64,000 nt of DNA from an uncultured Fibrobacteria bacterium. Lineage in GTDB: Bacteria > Fibrobacterota > Fibrobacteria > UBA11236. Location of the stretch: the NCBI GenBank assembly GCA_963716395.1, contig OY970309.1, positions 3,360,001 through 3,424,000 of the forward strand. The letters run 5' to 3'. Below the pieces are notes generated by a model. It ran no database searches, was not told where the DNA came from, and saw only the letters and a list, made by a program, of their open reading frames with translations. Shown in pieces: positions 9,901 to 18,920 of this stretch. The position numbers and the translations under genes were made by a program. Every line of letters begins with the position of its first letter. Positions within the stretch are counted from its first letter, which is position 1.

Positions 9901-10197
9901 GAAGCATACGGTGTCGGCGGAATCCGGAGTTGCGGCCAGCGCTAGAGCCGAGTCGCCCACCGCGCGAAAGTCTTGAGGCGGCAGCAGCGGCGCTCCGTTA
10001 CGCAAGACATCGAGATCGACCCCGAAGCCTCCCCAATCGGCGGCCCCGCGCGCGCGGAGAGTGTCGGGCAGAGGCCCGGCATAACATTCCCAGCGGCTGA
10101 TGGTTCCCGGCCGCTCCTGGGCGGGCCAGGCAGGCGGGGTCTGGAGCGGCGCGGGAAAGGCCGCCCAGAAATTCAGCAGAAGCGGGGTCCAGGTCAC
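6967..10197 (-). CDS. Large (~1,080 aa) predicted outer-membrane beta-barrel protein of unknown function
   Basis: Many amphipathic strands, C-terminal ELRAVF beta-signal, motif GTERIWRNG..L.RGTDYTIDYSQG; GTG start overlaps the upstream TGA. Confidence 0.75.
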   Translation of the reverse strand: MTWTPLLLNFWAAFPAPLQTPPAWPAQERPGTISRWECYAGPLPDTLRARGAADWGGFGVDLDVLRNGAPLLPPQDFRAVGDSALALAATPDSADTVCFVYHVAPALPHPWLRLYDTAAVPVLRPDQVPGAAGLAVPVSTATAATDTGATRLDLSGSKSLSVTVGQGGAVGLDASLFVNLKGQVAPNVFLEGSLSDQNVPAQPDGSTANLREIDNKYLRVYGSQYEYLLGDYLLGYGRDGEDRYVEKAEGARLHYTHGGMGVTGEYALSKGVFTSDTLRGIDGVQQGYYLYGRDGRTYITVLAGTERIWRNGVLLRRGTDYTIDYSQGRIDFLNSFWVTGQDLFSAEFQYSEDVYPRSVVTTSVDDTVGPFRFSARAAQEWDDKDNPTAGPPDSATLQRYQNLGDSAVLDSTGQPIPMPQKLASTAWSAAWQGGEWGNGRFTVLGSYFDQNLYSHLDDQTDFGYSTRYQGVNRFGRPIDQGGFGRLLLEPTHEHRSADFASFHQLVEARSFRDAWNLDAAVGEKNFDANKLRLTLEPVTGFQFGAEGGLAEGHLGDTSADSRRGEVFAGLHTARATIDLSSEAKLARDPDQRDDYRQQASAATSWAGWSPKLALVRDEWLTAIPVGGQSWSDLWQPEASLESPTLANRWVWTNDVTGQVGRSNYAGRYRSLRDSLRDVGVSERLRLLAWGPASGDFFVSRSYHEDWLPDAFGARADDPEEATYDQAEANLTVSAYPKGYGMQTHYKVSRTAEVPLVEAYQKVAPGQGDYQYDSLLNVYQHVETGGDYAFIGLRRDSTLGVQPYQDLQWSLHVDLSPGRWPLRVGGVLADVDLGFDVQTDAQDSSADPVPLPRLTDDEIEAVRSGRASYAPTLRWHSAATKRSATFRWQREYDKGAGLSAARQRSADGSGEYRWQWSEGWEAALDGDYGVKLSQGLSDSDATGSESHVQNGSGSISLYRHLSHAFTLIPEFAYAHTLGSDAGAPLDLQSVTPTARVEKGSFFGGRASLEYSWHYLFGVGEGSYFSTGGFLKGSTHRIEALAQADLKSYLHLNFSYLARLDPGAAWDQKLSVELRAVF

Positions 10198-10991
10198 AAA
10201 GGCGCCGTCGTCAACCGCCTTTGCGCCGGACGGAATTGCAGAAGCAGGGCTGCGCTGCGCGCATCCTTCGCTTCCAGCACCCACTCCGAGGCCTGGGGAT
10301 CCCACACCATGCGCACCGGACCGCGCGCCGTTGTACCCGCACCTACGCGGTTCAAGGCGTCATCCAGCCGCATCGGGGAGCGCTGGGCTTGACAGGCCAA
10401 TCCCAAGCCGCCGGGATCTTGCCAGCAGGCATCCAGGCCCAAGGGCAGCCGGGTATGGTTGCGCAGCACCCAATCCGGCGCGCCTTCTCCACCATAGCGG
10501 TCGACATATTGCCAGGCTTCGCCGTCGAAATAATCGAGAAAGGTGAAAGAACCGTTGGCGCCGCGAAACACTTCCACCCGGCCGGGCTGGGCAGGTGGGA
10601 GCGCCGCAGGCAGGGGAAAGGTCGAAAGCAATTGGGCGCCGGTGTCGTAAAGGCATAACCGCTGCTGCCCCGCATCGACAAGGTAGAACTGGCCCATGCC
10701 CGCCCTCACCGCCTGCATGGGCCGAAACACGCCCCCGGGAGAAGAAAGGGTCAACCAACGATCGCCGCGATTCCATCCGTCGCCGCGCCAAGACGAATCC
10801 CCATCGGCCATTTTCTGATAGCGCAGCGCGTCGAAACGGAACAATAGCCAGCCGTGATCGGTGCGCAGCACGGCGTCGACTCCGTCAACTCCCGTATTTC
10901 CCCCGCCGCCGCCGGACGCCGCGCATCCCGCCAGTAGTAATGCGGCCAGACCCAGTGCGCAATAACTGCGCAGCTTGAGGCGACCTTGCAC
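10194..10991 (-). CDS. Hypothetical lipoprotein (possible beta-propeller-like)
   Basis: Lipobox LAGC after hydrophobic stretch, Gly-rich tether; GTG 10991 inferred as start. Confidence 0.7.
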   Translation of the reverse strand: MQGRLKLRSYCALGLAALLLAGCAASGGGGGNTGVDGVDAVLRTDHGWLLFRFDALRYQKMADGDSSWRGDGWNRGDRWLTLSSPGGVFRPMQAVRAGMGQFYLVDAGQQRLCLYDTGAQLLSTFPLPAALPPAQPGRVEVFRGANGSFTFLDYFDGEAWQYVDRYGGEGAPDWVLRNHTRLPLGLDACWQDPGGLGLACQAQRSPMRLDDALNRVGAGTTARGPVRMVWDPQASEWVLEAKDARSAALLLQFRPAQRRLTTAPL

Positions 10992-11074
10992 AAGCCGCGC
11001 AATTCTTTGCGCAGCCGCTCGCGCGGGCGGCGGAAAAAGTGCGCCGCGCGCGCAAAAATGCCGGTTGACAACGA

Positions 11075-11090
11075 TGGCACACCGGTTGCG
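11075..11090 (+). promoter_or_regulatory. sigma54 (-24/-12) promoter
   Basis: TGGCAC-ACCGG-TTGC matches TGGCAC-N5-TTGC directly upstream of the ECF sigma gene; rpoN is in the window. Confidence 0.7.
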
Positions 11091-11103
11091 TAACCTCTTC
11101 GGC

Positions 11104-11652
11104 ATGAAAACGGAAACGCTGAACCCCGACATCTTCTCCACCGAACTCACCCGTTTGTACGCGCATTACCGCGAATTCGTGGCCCGCATCTGTGTTCGAT
11201 ATGTACAAAACCCCCACGAAGCCGAAGATCTGACGCAGGAGATCTTCCTTAAAGCGGGGTCGGCTTGGCAAGCTTTTCAAGGCCAATGTCAGCCGAGTAC
11301 TTGGTTGTATCGCGTGGCCGTGAACCATTGCCTGGATCACTTGCGGTGGAAAAAACGCCAGCGCGATTTACTCGATACCTATCGGGAAGATTCCGTAGTC
11401 GAGGAGGAGGAGGAAAAAGAAGAGGGTTCGCCGTCGGCCCTGCGGAAGGTGCTGGACCGCCTGCGCAGTGATATGGATCACATGGACGGCCAGGTTACTT
11501 ACCTACGCTTCGAATTGGGGCTTACCCATGAGGTCATCGGCAAGATTTGCAATGTATCGCGGGTCGCCATCACCAAACGGCTGGCGAAGATTACCGCCCG
11601 TGCTTCGGAGCTGCATCACGCCCTGGCCCGCGAAGAAGAAGCACTTGCATGA
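11104..11652 (+). CDS. ECF RNA polymerase sigma factor
   Basis: EAEDLTQEIFLKA, F.G...STWLYRVAVNHCLD (region 2), region 4 HTH. Confidence 0.9.
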   Translation: MKTETLNPDIFSTELTRLYAHYREFVARICVRYVQNPHEAEDLTQEIFLKAGSAWQAFQGQCQPSTWLYRVAVNHCLDHLRWKKRQRDLLDTYREDSVVEEEEEKEEGSPSALRKVLDRLRSDMDHMDGQVTYLRFELGLTHEVIGKICNVSRVAITKRLAKITARASELHHALAREEEALA

Positions 11653-11781
11653 CCTTTAAGGGAGGGAACCGGTCACGGCTCGGACACCAACCCAAGCCCA
11701 TACCCGCGCACGAGATCGTGGTCCGGTTCCCCCCGATTACTTTCCGCCCCGACGGGCGGCTCCGCACGGCACGAATGCGGA

Positions 11782-12519
11782 TCAACCGGCCCAGTGCACC
11801 ACCGCGAAAATAGACGCCGCACCCAGACAGGTCAGGCCGATGAGCAGAGCGGCCGTCCCCGTTCCGGCCCGCGAATGGGCTTCGGGAAGGATGTCGGCGG
11901 TGCCGATGTACAGGAGAAAACCCGCGAAGAAGCCGAGATAAACCACCAGGAAAAACGGTGGGGCCCGGAACACCAAGGTGGAAAGCGCGCCCAAGATCGG
12001 AGCCACCGCGTCCAGAATGAGCATCACCTTGGATCGAAAGGTGCTGTTACGGTTCACCAGCATCAGGCTGACGGTGTTGAGGCCGTCGCAAAAATCATGG
12101 GCGATGACGGCGATGGCCACCACCATGCCCACGGCCCGGGAAACCTGAAAGCCCAATCCGATGCCGACGCCGTCCATGAAACTGTGGCCCACCAGAGCCA
12201 AGGCCGACAAAACACCGACTTGCGGGTGATGGTGCTCGGGGTAATCGGTTTCATGGCTATGGTGCACCAACACGAATTTTTCCAGGCTGTGGAAAAACAG
12301 AAAACCGATCACCAAGGCAATCATTCCCGCCGTGGGATCGAGGGAACTCCGCCCGGCCTGCTGGAATATTTCCGGAAGGATGTCGAAGCTCACCACGCCC
12401 AACAACACGCCGGCGGTAAAGCTGAGAATGAAATGCAGGCGGTCGCGGAACTTCAAGGCGAACAATCCGCCGCATAGCGTCGAAAAAAAAGTTCCGAGGG
12501 AAAACAGCACAGCGATCAT
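11782..12519 (-). CDS. ZIP family metal transporter
   Basis: Multiple TM segments, His-rich loop HHSHETDYPEHHH, HSFMDG, AHDFCDG, DILPEAH. Confidence 0.9.
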   Translation of the reverse strand: MIAVLFSLGTFFSTLCGGLFALKFRDRLHFILSFTAGVLLGVVSFDILPEIFQQAGRSSLDPTAGMIALVIGFLFFHSLEKFVLVHHSHETDYPEHHHPQVGVLSALALVGHSFMDGVGIGLGFQVSRAVGMVVAIAVIAHDFCDGLNTVSLMLVNRNSTFRSKVMLILDAVAPILGALSTLVFRAPPFFLVVYLGFFAGFLLYIGTADILPEAHSRAGTGTAALLIGLTCLGAASIFAVVHWAG

Positions 12520-12637
12520 GGATTCCGCGAGCGGAAGAACAGCACGAAAATGTAGAACCTCTATTCGTTGGACAAGACGGTAAGAATCCGGCCCGCGCTA
12601 TTGCCGCCGAAGGGACAGGAAGTAAAGGCGGAATTTT

Positions 12638-14236
12638 TCAGTATTTGAATTCGGCGGCCTTGATGCCGAAGCGGTTCAAGGCGTAGCGGAATTGGCGCAA
12701 GGAAACACCCAGCATGCGGGCGGCATGGGTTTGAATGCCGCCCGCATTATGCATGGCCTCGCGAATGTCCTTTTCGCGCAACGGCACGCGCTCATAGGGC
12801 TGGCGTTCCCGGCTGCGTCCCAGCATGGGACCGAAGGTGACCACGCCGGGCGCGGCGGCTACCGCGAGCTTGGGTGCGGGGTCTTCGGACGCCACCAAGG
12901 TTTCCAGAATGGGAATGTCCTTGGGAGTGAGCGTTTCGCCACCGGCCAACACCACGGTGCGCTCAATGGTGTTTTCGAGTTCGCGCACATTCCCGGGCCA
13001 AGGATAGTTTTCCAGAAATTCCATGACTTCGCGCGAAATCGAAACCCGCTTGCCGTATTTGGTCGTGAATTTTTTAAGGAACAAGCTGCACAGGGGCAAG
13101 ATGTCTTCGCGGCGGTTGCGCAGCGGGGGTACCTGCACCGGCACCACCATCAAGCGGTAATAAAAATCCTCGCGAAACTGCTTTTCCCGCACCAATTGTT
13201 CCAGGTTGGCGTTGGTGGCGCAGATCAGGCGTACGTCCGCGGTCAGGGTTTTGGATGAACCCACGCGTTCGAAAGTCCCGTCCTGAATCACGCGCAGCAG
13301 CTTGGCCTGGGTTTCCAGCGGCAGTTCGCCGATCTCATCCAGGAACAGGGTGCCGCCGTCGGCGGCTTCAAAGCGGCCGATGCGCTGGTTGAAGGCCCCG
13401 GTGAACGCCCCTTTCTCATGCCCGAACAATTCGCTTTCGATCAAAGTCGAAGGCAACGAAGCGCAATTCACCACGATGAAAGGATTGCGCTTGCGCGCGC
13501 TGGAATAATGGATGGTGCGCGCCAGCAGCGATTTGCCCGTGCCGCTCTCGCCGCGTAAGAGCACCGTGGCATCGATACCGGCCACCCGCCGCACCATATC
13601 GAGGGTTTTGGCCATGGGGGACGAATCGGCAATCATATTGTCCGGGTTGTAGCGCTCTTCCAATTCGAAGTGCAGTTCCTTATTCTCCTGCACGAGCTTG
13701 CTGTTCTCTTCGCGGATCATTTCCGCAATCCGCAAGGTCTGCGACAGCAGCGAGCCCACGATTTTCATCACGCGGATATCTTCATCGACCATGGTGGTGG
13801 AATGCGACGTGCGGTGCGCGGTCAACACGCCGACGGGACGTTCGTCGAGCAGCACGGGTACGGCGATGAAACCGATGCGGTAGAGGTTGAACTCTTCGGC
13901 ATTCTCGCGGGGAGTGGGAATGCCCACGACTTCTTCGTTGTCGGGGATGGCCATGGCCATGCCGTGGCTATAGACCCGGCCCACGAAGGTGTCGTCGATT
14001 TTATAAACCGCCGAACGGATTTCTTCGGGGGTAAACCCCACGCAGGCCTTGATCACCAGAAATTTGCGATCGGTCGAGGGCATCAGCAATGTGCCTCGCT
14101 CCAAATCAAGAACGTCGGAAAGCAAATGCAGGCATTGCTTGGCCACCTCGGTATAGTCCAAGGAGGAGCTGAAAAGCTTGCTGATTTCGGTCAAGGCCGT
14201 TAAGGTCCTGGCCTGATGTACCATGAAGTCCTTCAT
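12638..14236 (-). CDS. sigma54-dependent activator, GAF-AAA+-HTH (NifA/FhlA-like architecture)
   Basis: N-terminal [45 protein letters not shown]-terminal Fis-type HTH. Confidence 0.93.
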   Translation of the reverse strand: MKDFMVHQARTLTALTEISKLFSSSLDYTEVAKQCLHLLSDVLDLERGTLLMPSTDRKFLVIKACVGFTPEEIRSAVYKIDDTFVGRVYSHGMAMAIPDNEEVVGIPTPRENAEEFNLYRIGFIAVPVLLDERPVGVLTAHRTSHSTTMVDEDIRVMKIVGSLLSQTLRIAEMIREENSKLVQENKELHFELEERYNPDNMIADSSPMAKTLDMVRRVAGIDATVLLRGESGTGKSLLARTIHYSSARKRNPFIVVNCASLPSTLIESELFGHEKGAFTGAFNQRIGRFEAADGGTLFLDEIGELPLETQAKLLRVIQDGTFERVGSSKTLTADVRLICATNANLEQLVREKQFREDFYYRLMVVPVQVPPLRNRREDILPLCSLFLKKFTTKYGKRVSISREVMEFLENYPWPGNVRELENTIERTVVLAGGETLTPKDIPILETLVASEDPAPKLAVAAAPGVVTFGPMLGRSRERQPYERVPLREKDIREAMHNAGGIQTHAARMLGVSLRQFRYALNRFGIKAAEFKY

Positions 14237-14385
14237 GACACTTCGCAATAATTGTTATTTACTGTCATGAAAAATCACTTATTGAATTCCATTTTTGTCA
14301 TTTAATCGGTCATTTCCTATCAAAATGAAAAAAGCAAAAATCGAACCACTCCATTACAAGTAAATATGTTTTAAAAATCAAAATA

Positions 14386-15882
14386 ATGTCAGGAGTAGGC
14401 GTGGAAATCGAAATTGAAAGCTTTGAAAAAAACTCCGCCACTTCGGCGGGATTATATGTGGTTTTGGCAGACAAGGAAAATCTGCTGGGTGAGCCTCCCG
14501 GCAATGAAAAAATCGCCTGGCAAACCTTGATCGACCAGGTACTGAAAAAACAAAGCAAAAAGCTGCTGGCTGCGGATCAAGAGCTCTTCCCTTTCGGTGA
14601 TCGTGGGCTCCTGGTTCTGCAACTGCCGAAAAAAAAAGGGCTGGATCGCTGGGATTGTTTACGACTGGCTGCTGGTTCGGCCTGGGAAACCGCCAAAAGC
14701 CGTTCCGCTAAAAATCTTTGCCTGTCCGTGAATCTCGCCGGAACGGAGGACATTCGGGCCATCCTGGAGGGTTTGCTCTATGCCGCCTATGACTTTCGCC
14801 CCTATAAAAGCGAGCCGCCGAAAAATTCCACTCCACCCGCGGTGAAGCTGTGGGTGAATTCCCAGGAAGTGAAATCGGCGCAAAACGTTTTGTCCGAAAC
14901 CCGCATCGTCTTCCGACATCTCGACCACCTGCGGGATTGGGTGAACACTCCCGGATCGGATTTGACCCCGCCGACCTTTGCCGCCATCGCCCAGGAATCG
15001 GCCCGCCGGCACGGGCTCGAAATCGTCGTTCGCGACGAGAAGAAGATTCACAAAGAAGGCTGGATGGGTCTTTGGACCGTGGGCAAAGGTTCGGATCATC
15101 CGCCGCGCTTGGTCACCTTGACCTACGCCGGTGGTGCGCCCAAGACGCGCGGGACCAATCACCTCTGCATCGTGGGCAAGGGCGTGACCTTCGATACCGG
15201 CGGCATCAGCCTCAAACCCGGGGCGGGTATGGCGGAAATGAAATGCGACATGGCCGGTGCCGCCACCGCCCTGGCGGCGGTTTGCGCCGCCGCCGAGTTG
15301 AAACTGCCGCTGCGCGTCAGCGCCGTCCTCTGTCTCGCCGAGAATCGTCCCGGTAATGCGGCCGTGCTGCCCGGCGATGTTTTCACGGCGCGCAACGGCA
15401 AAACCGTCATGGTCGACAATACCGACGCCGAAGGGCGCCTGGTGCTTTCCGACGGCTTGTTCGCTGCGGGCCAATTGCAGGCCACGCATGTCATCGACAT
15501 CGCCACCTTGACGGGTTCGGTGGTGCGCGCCCTGGGCCCGGCATTGGCCGGGCTCTTTGCCAATGATCGCGACTTCGGCGCCGCGATTCGCAGTATGGGT
15601 GAGCGCGTCTCGGAGAAGTTCTGGGAATTGCCGCTGGAAGAGGAGTATCGCGAGTGGCTCGATGATTCCACCGCCGACTTTAAAAACGTAAGCAGCAAAT
15701 CCGAAGCGGGGGCCATTATCGCCGCCTTGTTCCTGGCCGAATTCGTTCCAGCCGGCGCGAAATGGTCGCATTGGGATGTGGCCGGAACGGCCTTCATCAA
15801 CTCGAATTGGAAGTACTTCAAACCCGGCGCCACGGGTTTCGGCCTGAAAACCCTGATGCAAATCGCCCGCACCTTGGCATGA
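14386..15882 (+). CDS. pepA: Leucyl aminopeptidase (M17)
   Basis: VGKGVTFDTGG, MKCDMAG, NTDAEGRL, DIATLTG, HWDVAG. Confidence 0.93.
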   Translation: MSGVGVEIEIESFEKNSATSAGLYVVLADKENLLGEPPGNEKIAWQTLIDQVLKKQSKKLLAADQELFPFGDRGLLVLQLPKKKGLDRWDCLRLAAGSAWETAKSRSAKNLCLSVNLAGTEDIRAILEGLLYAAYDFRPYKSEPPKNSTPPAVKLWVNSQEVKSAQNVLSETRIVFRHLDHLRDWVNTPGSDLTPPTFAAIAQESARRHGLEIVVRDEKKIHKEGWMGLWTVGKGSDHPPRLVTLTYAGGAPKTRGTNHLCIVGKGVTFDTGGISLKPGAGMAEMKCDMAGAATALAAVCAAAELKLPLRVSAVLCLAENRPGNAAVLPGDVFTARNGKTVMVDNTDAEGRLVLSDGLFAAGQLQATHVIDIATLTGSVVRALGPALAGLFANDRDFGAAIRSMGERVSEKFWELPLEEEYREWLDDSTADFKNVSSKSEAGAIIAALFLAEFVPAGAKWSHWDVAGTAFINSNWKYFKPGATGFGLKTLMQIARTLA

Positions 15883-15963
15883 AGTTGCCTGGGGCGCATG
15901 ATCCCGCGCCCAGGCACCAGGCCCGCCAAGGTCGATAAGGCCGCATTGTTATTTTTGCCCGGC

Positions 15964-17745
15964 ATGGAAAAAATCGCCGTGGTGGATTTTGGCGGTCAAT
16001 ACACCCATCTGATTGCCCGCCGCATCCGCCAACTCGGCGTGTATTCCGAAGTCGTTTCCCCGCACTTCCATCCGGACAACCCTGACTGCCGGGGCGTAGT
16101 TCTTTCCGGTGGCCCGCATTCGGTGTATGACCCGGATGCGCCCGCCGGCGATCCCGCGCTGTACCGCGCCGGCCTTCCGATACTCGGATTGTGTTACGGA
16201 CATCAATTATTATCCCGGGCCTTGGGTGGCGAAGTGCGGCGCGGCGCCGTGCATGAATTCGGACCGGCGCAGTTGCATCCCGAAACCGGCCATCCCCTCT
16301 TCCGCGGCGTCGATGCCGCCACCGAAGTGTGGATGAGCCATGGCGACGAAGTCGCGGCCCTGCCGGCGGGATTCCGCGCCGTAGGCTCCACCGACGATTG
16401 CCGCTATGCCGCGGTGGCCGACGACGGCCGTAAAATCTACGGGCTGCAATTCCATCCCGAAGTGGCGCATACCCGCCAGGGCCGGATCATCCTGCGCAAC
16501 TTTCTGGAATTATGCGGCTGCCGCTTTGACTGGAACATGGATCATTATGCGCAGACGCTCACCGCGCAGCTTGGCCGTCAATGCGAAGGCAAAAAAGTTT
16601 TTCTGCTGGTCAGCGGCGGCGTGGATTCCACCGTGGCCTTTGAACTCTTGAACCGCGCCCTGGGCTCCGATCGCGTTTTGGGCCTGCACATCGACAACGG
16701 CCTCATGCGCCGGGGCGAAAGCGCCGAAGTGCTCGACTGCATGCAGAGGCAGGGTTTTCACAATTTGCGGGTGCGGGACGCTGCCGAGCAATTTCTTACG
16801 GCGTTGCACGGCGTGCAGGCGCCCGAGGCCAAACGCCTCGTGATCGGCGAAACCTTTTTGCAAGTCAAAGACGCAGCACTGGCTGAATTGCATCTCGATC
16901 CGTCGGAATGGATCCTGGCGCAAGGCACCATTTATCCCGACACCATCGAAAGCGGGGGAACGCGCCATGCGGCGGTGATCAAAACCCACCATAACCGCGT
17001 ACAGGGTATTCTCGATTTGCTACAAGCGGGCAAAATCGTCGAGCCGCTGGCCGAGCTCTACAAAGACGAAGTGCGCGCCCTAGGCGCCCATCTCGGCATC
17101 CCCGAGGCGTTGCTGAACCGGCATCCTTTTCCCGGTCCGGGCCTGGGCGTGCGCCTGCTCTGCGGCGATGGCCATCCCGAGCCGTTGCCCCCGCAGCTCG
17201 GCGAACAGGTGAACGCCGTGCTGGCCGGCCGCGGACTGAGCGGCGAAGTGCTGCCGGTGAAAAGCGTGGGTGTGCAGGGCGACGCCCGCACCTACGCCCA
17301 CCCCTGCCTCATCCGCGGCACGCGCGATTGGCGCCGCCTGGAGGCGGCCGCCACGGATTTGCTGAACCGGGTGCGGGAGGTAAACCGCGCCGTGATCGAA
17401 ATTCAGGCCGAAGCCGGGGCGTATGCGCCCGCGGCGCGGGAATGCGGACGGGACGCACTGGATCTCCTGCGCGCGGTCGACGCCTTGTGCACTGAATCGT
17501 TACGAAATGAAAATTTATACACCACCGTGTGGCAGATGCCGGTGGTGCTCCTGCCGCTCGACAAGGGGGGCCGACCCGTCTTCGTCCTCCGCCCCGTGTT
17601 GTCGAGCGAGGCCATGACCGCCCGTTTTGCCGAACTTCCCTTTCCGGTTTTGGACGCGCTGGGGGAGAAAATCCGCGCCGGCGGCGCCGGGGCCCTGCTG
17701 TACGACGTGACGCACAAACCTCCCGGCACCATCGAATGGGAATGA
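15964..17745 (+). CDS. guaA: GMP synthase (glutamine-hydrolysing)
   Basis: DFGGQY, GLCYG, QFHPE, SGGVDS, QGTIYPD, IKTHHN, RHPFPGPGL, KPPGTIEWE. Confidence 0.96.
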   Translation: MEKIAVVDFGGQYTHLIARRIRQLGVYSEVVSPHFHPDNPDCRGVVLSGGPHSVYDPDAPAGDPALYRAGLPILGLCYGHQLLSRALGGEVRRGAVHEFGPAQLHPETGHPLFRGVDAATEVWMSHGDEVAALPAGFRAVGSTDDCRYAAVADDGRKIYGLQFHPEVAHTRQGRIILRNFLELCGCRFDWNMDHYAQTLTAQLGRQCEGKKVFLLVSGGVDSTVAFELLNRALGSDRVLGLHIDNGLMRRGESAEVLDCMQRQGFHNLRVRDAAEQFLTALHGVQAPEAKRLVIGETFLQVKDAALAELHLDPSEWILAQGTIYPDTIESGGTRHAAVIKTHHNRVQGILDLLQAGKIVEPLAELYKDEVRALGAHLGIPEALLNRHPFPGPGLGVRLLCGDGHPEPLPPQLGEQVNAVLAGRGLSGEVLPVKSVGVQGDARTYAHPCLIRGTRDWRRLEAAATDLLNRVREVNRAVIEIQAEAGAYAPAARECGRDALDLLRAVDALCTESLRNENLYTTVWQMPVVLLPLDKGGRPVFVLRPVLSSEAMTARFAELPFPVLDALGEKIRAGGAGALLYDVTHKPPGTIEWE

Positions 17746-18905
17746 AGGAGACGCGCCGAGGGCGCGAGAAAGCCGTGCTGGTGGGTGTGGCCCTGCGCGA
17801 AACGCCGTTGCGGCGGGCCCGGGAACATTTGAGCGAACTGGCCCGACTGGCCGACACCGCCGGCGCCGTGGTGGTGGAGGAAATTCTGCAGCGGCGCACC
17901 GCCCTGGATGCGGCCACCTTGGTGGGCGAAGGCAAGGCCCGCGAAGTGCAGGCCGCGGTGGAAAAGCATCAGGCCGATCTCGTCATCTTCGACGAAGACC
18001 TGTCGGGATCGCAGGCCAAGCGGCTGGAAGGTATCATCCATGCCAAGGTGTTGGATCGCAGCGGCTTGATTCTCGACATCTTCGCCCGACACGCGCAAAC
18101 CGCCGAGGCCAAAATCCAGGTCGAAGTGGCGCAACTGCAATACCTGCTGCCGCGCCTGACCCGGGCCTGGACCCATCTATCGCGCCAGGTCGGCGGCATC
18201 GGCACGCGCGGTCCCGGCGAAACCCAGTTGGAGGTCGACCGCCGCGCCATCCGCCGGCGTGTTTCCGATTTGCGGCGCAAGCTGGAAAAGGTGGAAAGCA
18301 TCCGCGCCGCGCAGCGGCAGCGCCGCGGGCACGCCTTTCACGCCGCGCTGGTGGGCTACACCAATGCGGGCAAATCCACGTTGATGAATGCGCTGACTCA
18401 GGCCGGCGTTACCGCGGTCGACCGCCTTTTCGCCACCTTGGATCCCACCACGCGCCAGCTTTGGCTGGGTCCGCGGCGCCGGGCCGTGCTCTCGGACACG
18501 GTGGGATTCATCCGCAAATTACCGGTGGGCCTGGTGTCGGCCTTTAAGAGCACCCTGGGCGTGGCCGCCGAAGCCACGCTGATCCTCAACGTGGTCGACG
18601 CCTCTTCGGAAGACTTTCCCGAACAGATGGAAATCACGGCGCGCATTCTCGCCGAATTGGGCGTGGTCGATACGCCCCGCATCACCGCTTTCAACAAAAC
18701 CGATTTGCTCGAACCGGAACGGCTGCGTTTTCTGAACGACCATTACCCCGAGGCGGTGTTTCTCTCGGCTGAACAAAAAACCGGGATCGAGGCGTTGCGC
18801 GATCGCCTGTGCGGAGCCTATGATCGCGCCGCCTATTTTGCCACACACGCCGACCCCACTGACCCACCCGAAAAAGCGGCGGCTTGCGACGCCCCCGCAC
18901 CGTAA
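17742..18905 (+). CDS. hflX: GTPase HflX
   Basis: GPGETQLEVDRR, GYTNAGKST, LFATLDPT, DTVGFI, NKTD; ATGA overlap with guaA. Confidence 0.95.
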   Translation: MKETRRGREKAVLVGVALRETPLRRAREHLSELARLADTAGAVVVEEILQRRTALDAATLVGEGKAREVQAAVEKHQADLVIFDEDLSGSQAKRLEGIIHAKVLDRSGLILDIFARHAQTAEAKIQVEVAQLQYLLPRLTRAWTHLSRQVGGIGTRGPGETQLEVDRRAIRRRVSDLRRKLEKVESIRAAQRQRRGHAFHAALVGYTNAGKSTLMNALTQAGVTAVDRLFATLDPTTRQLWLGPRRRAVLSDTVGFIRKLPVGLVSAFKSTLGVAAEATLILNVVDASSEDFPEQMEITARILAELGVVDTPRITAFNKTDLLEPERLRFLNDHYPEAVFLSAEQKTGIEALRDRLCGAYDRAAYFATHADPTDPPEKAAACDAPAP

Positions 18906-18920
18906 CTTTCAGGTTTCCCC

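Noticed and set aside
12638-14236. Nitrogen fixation locus (nifA)
   Set aside because: GAF-AAA+-HTH is a generic architecture and no nif genes are present in the window
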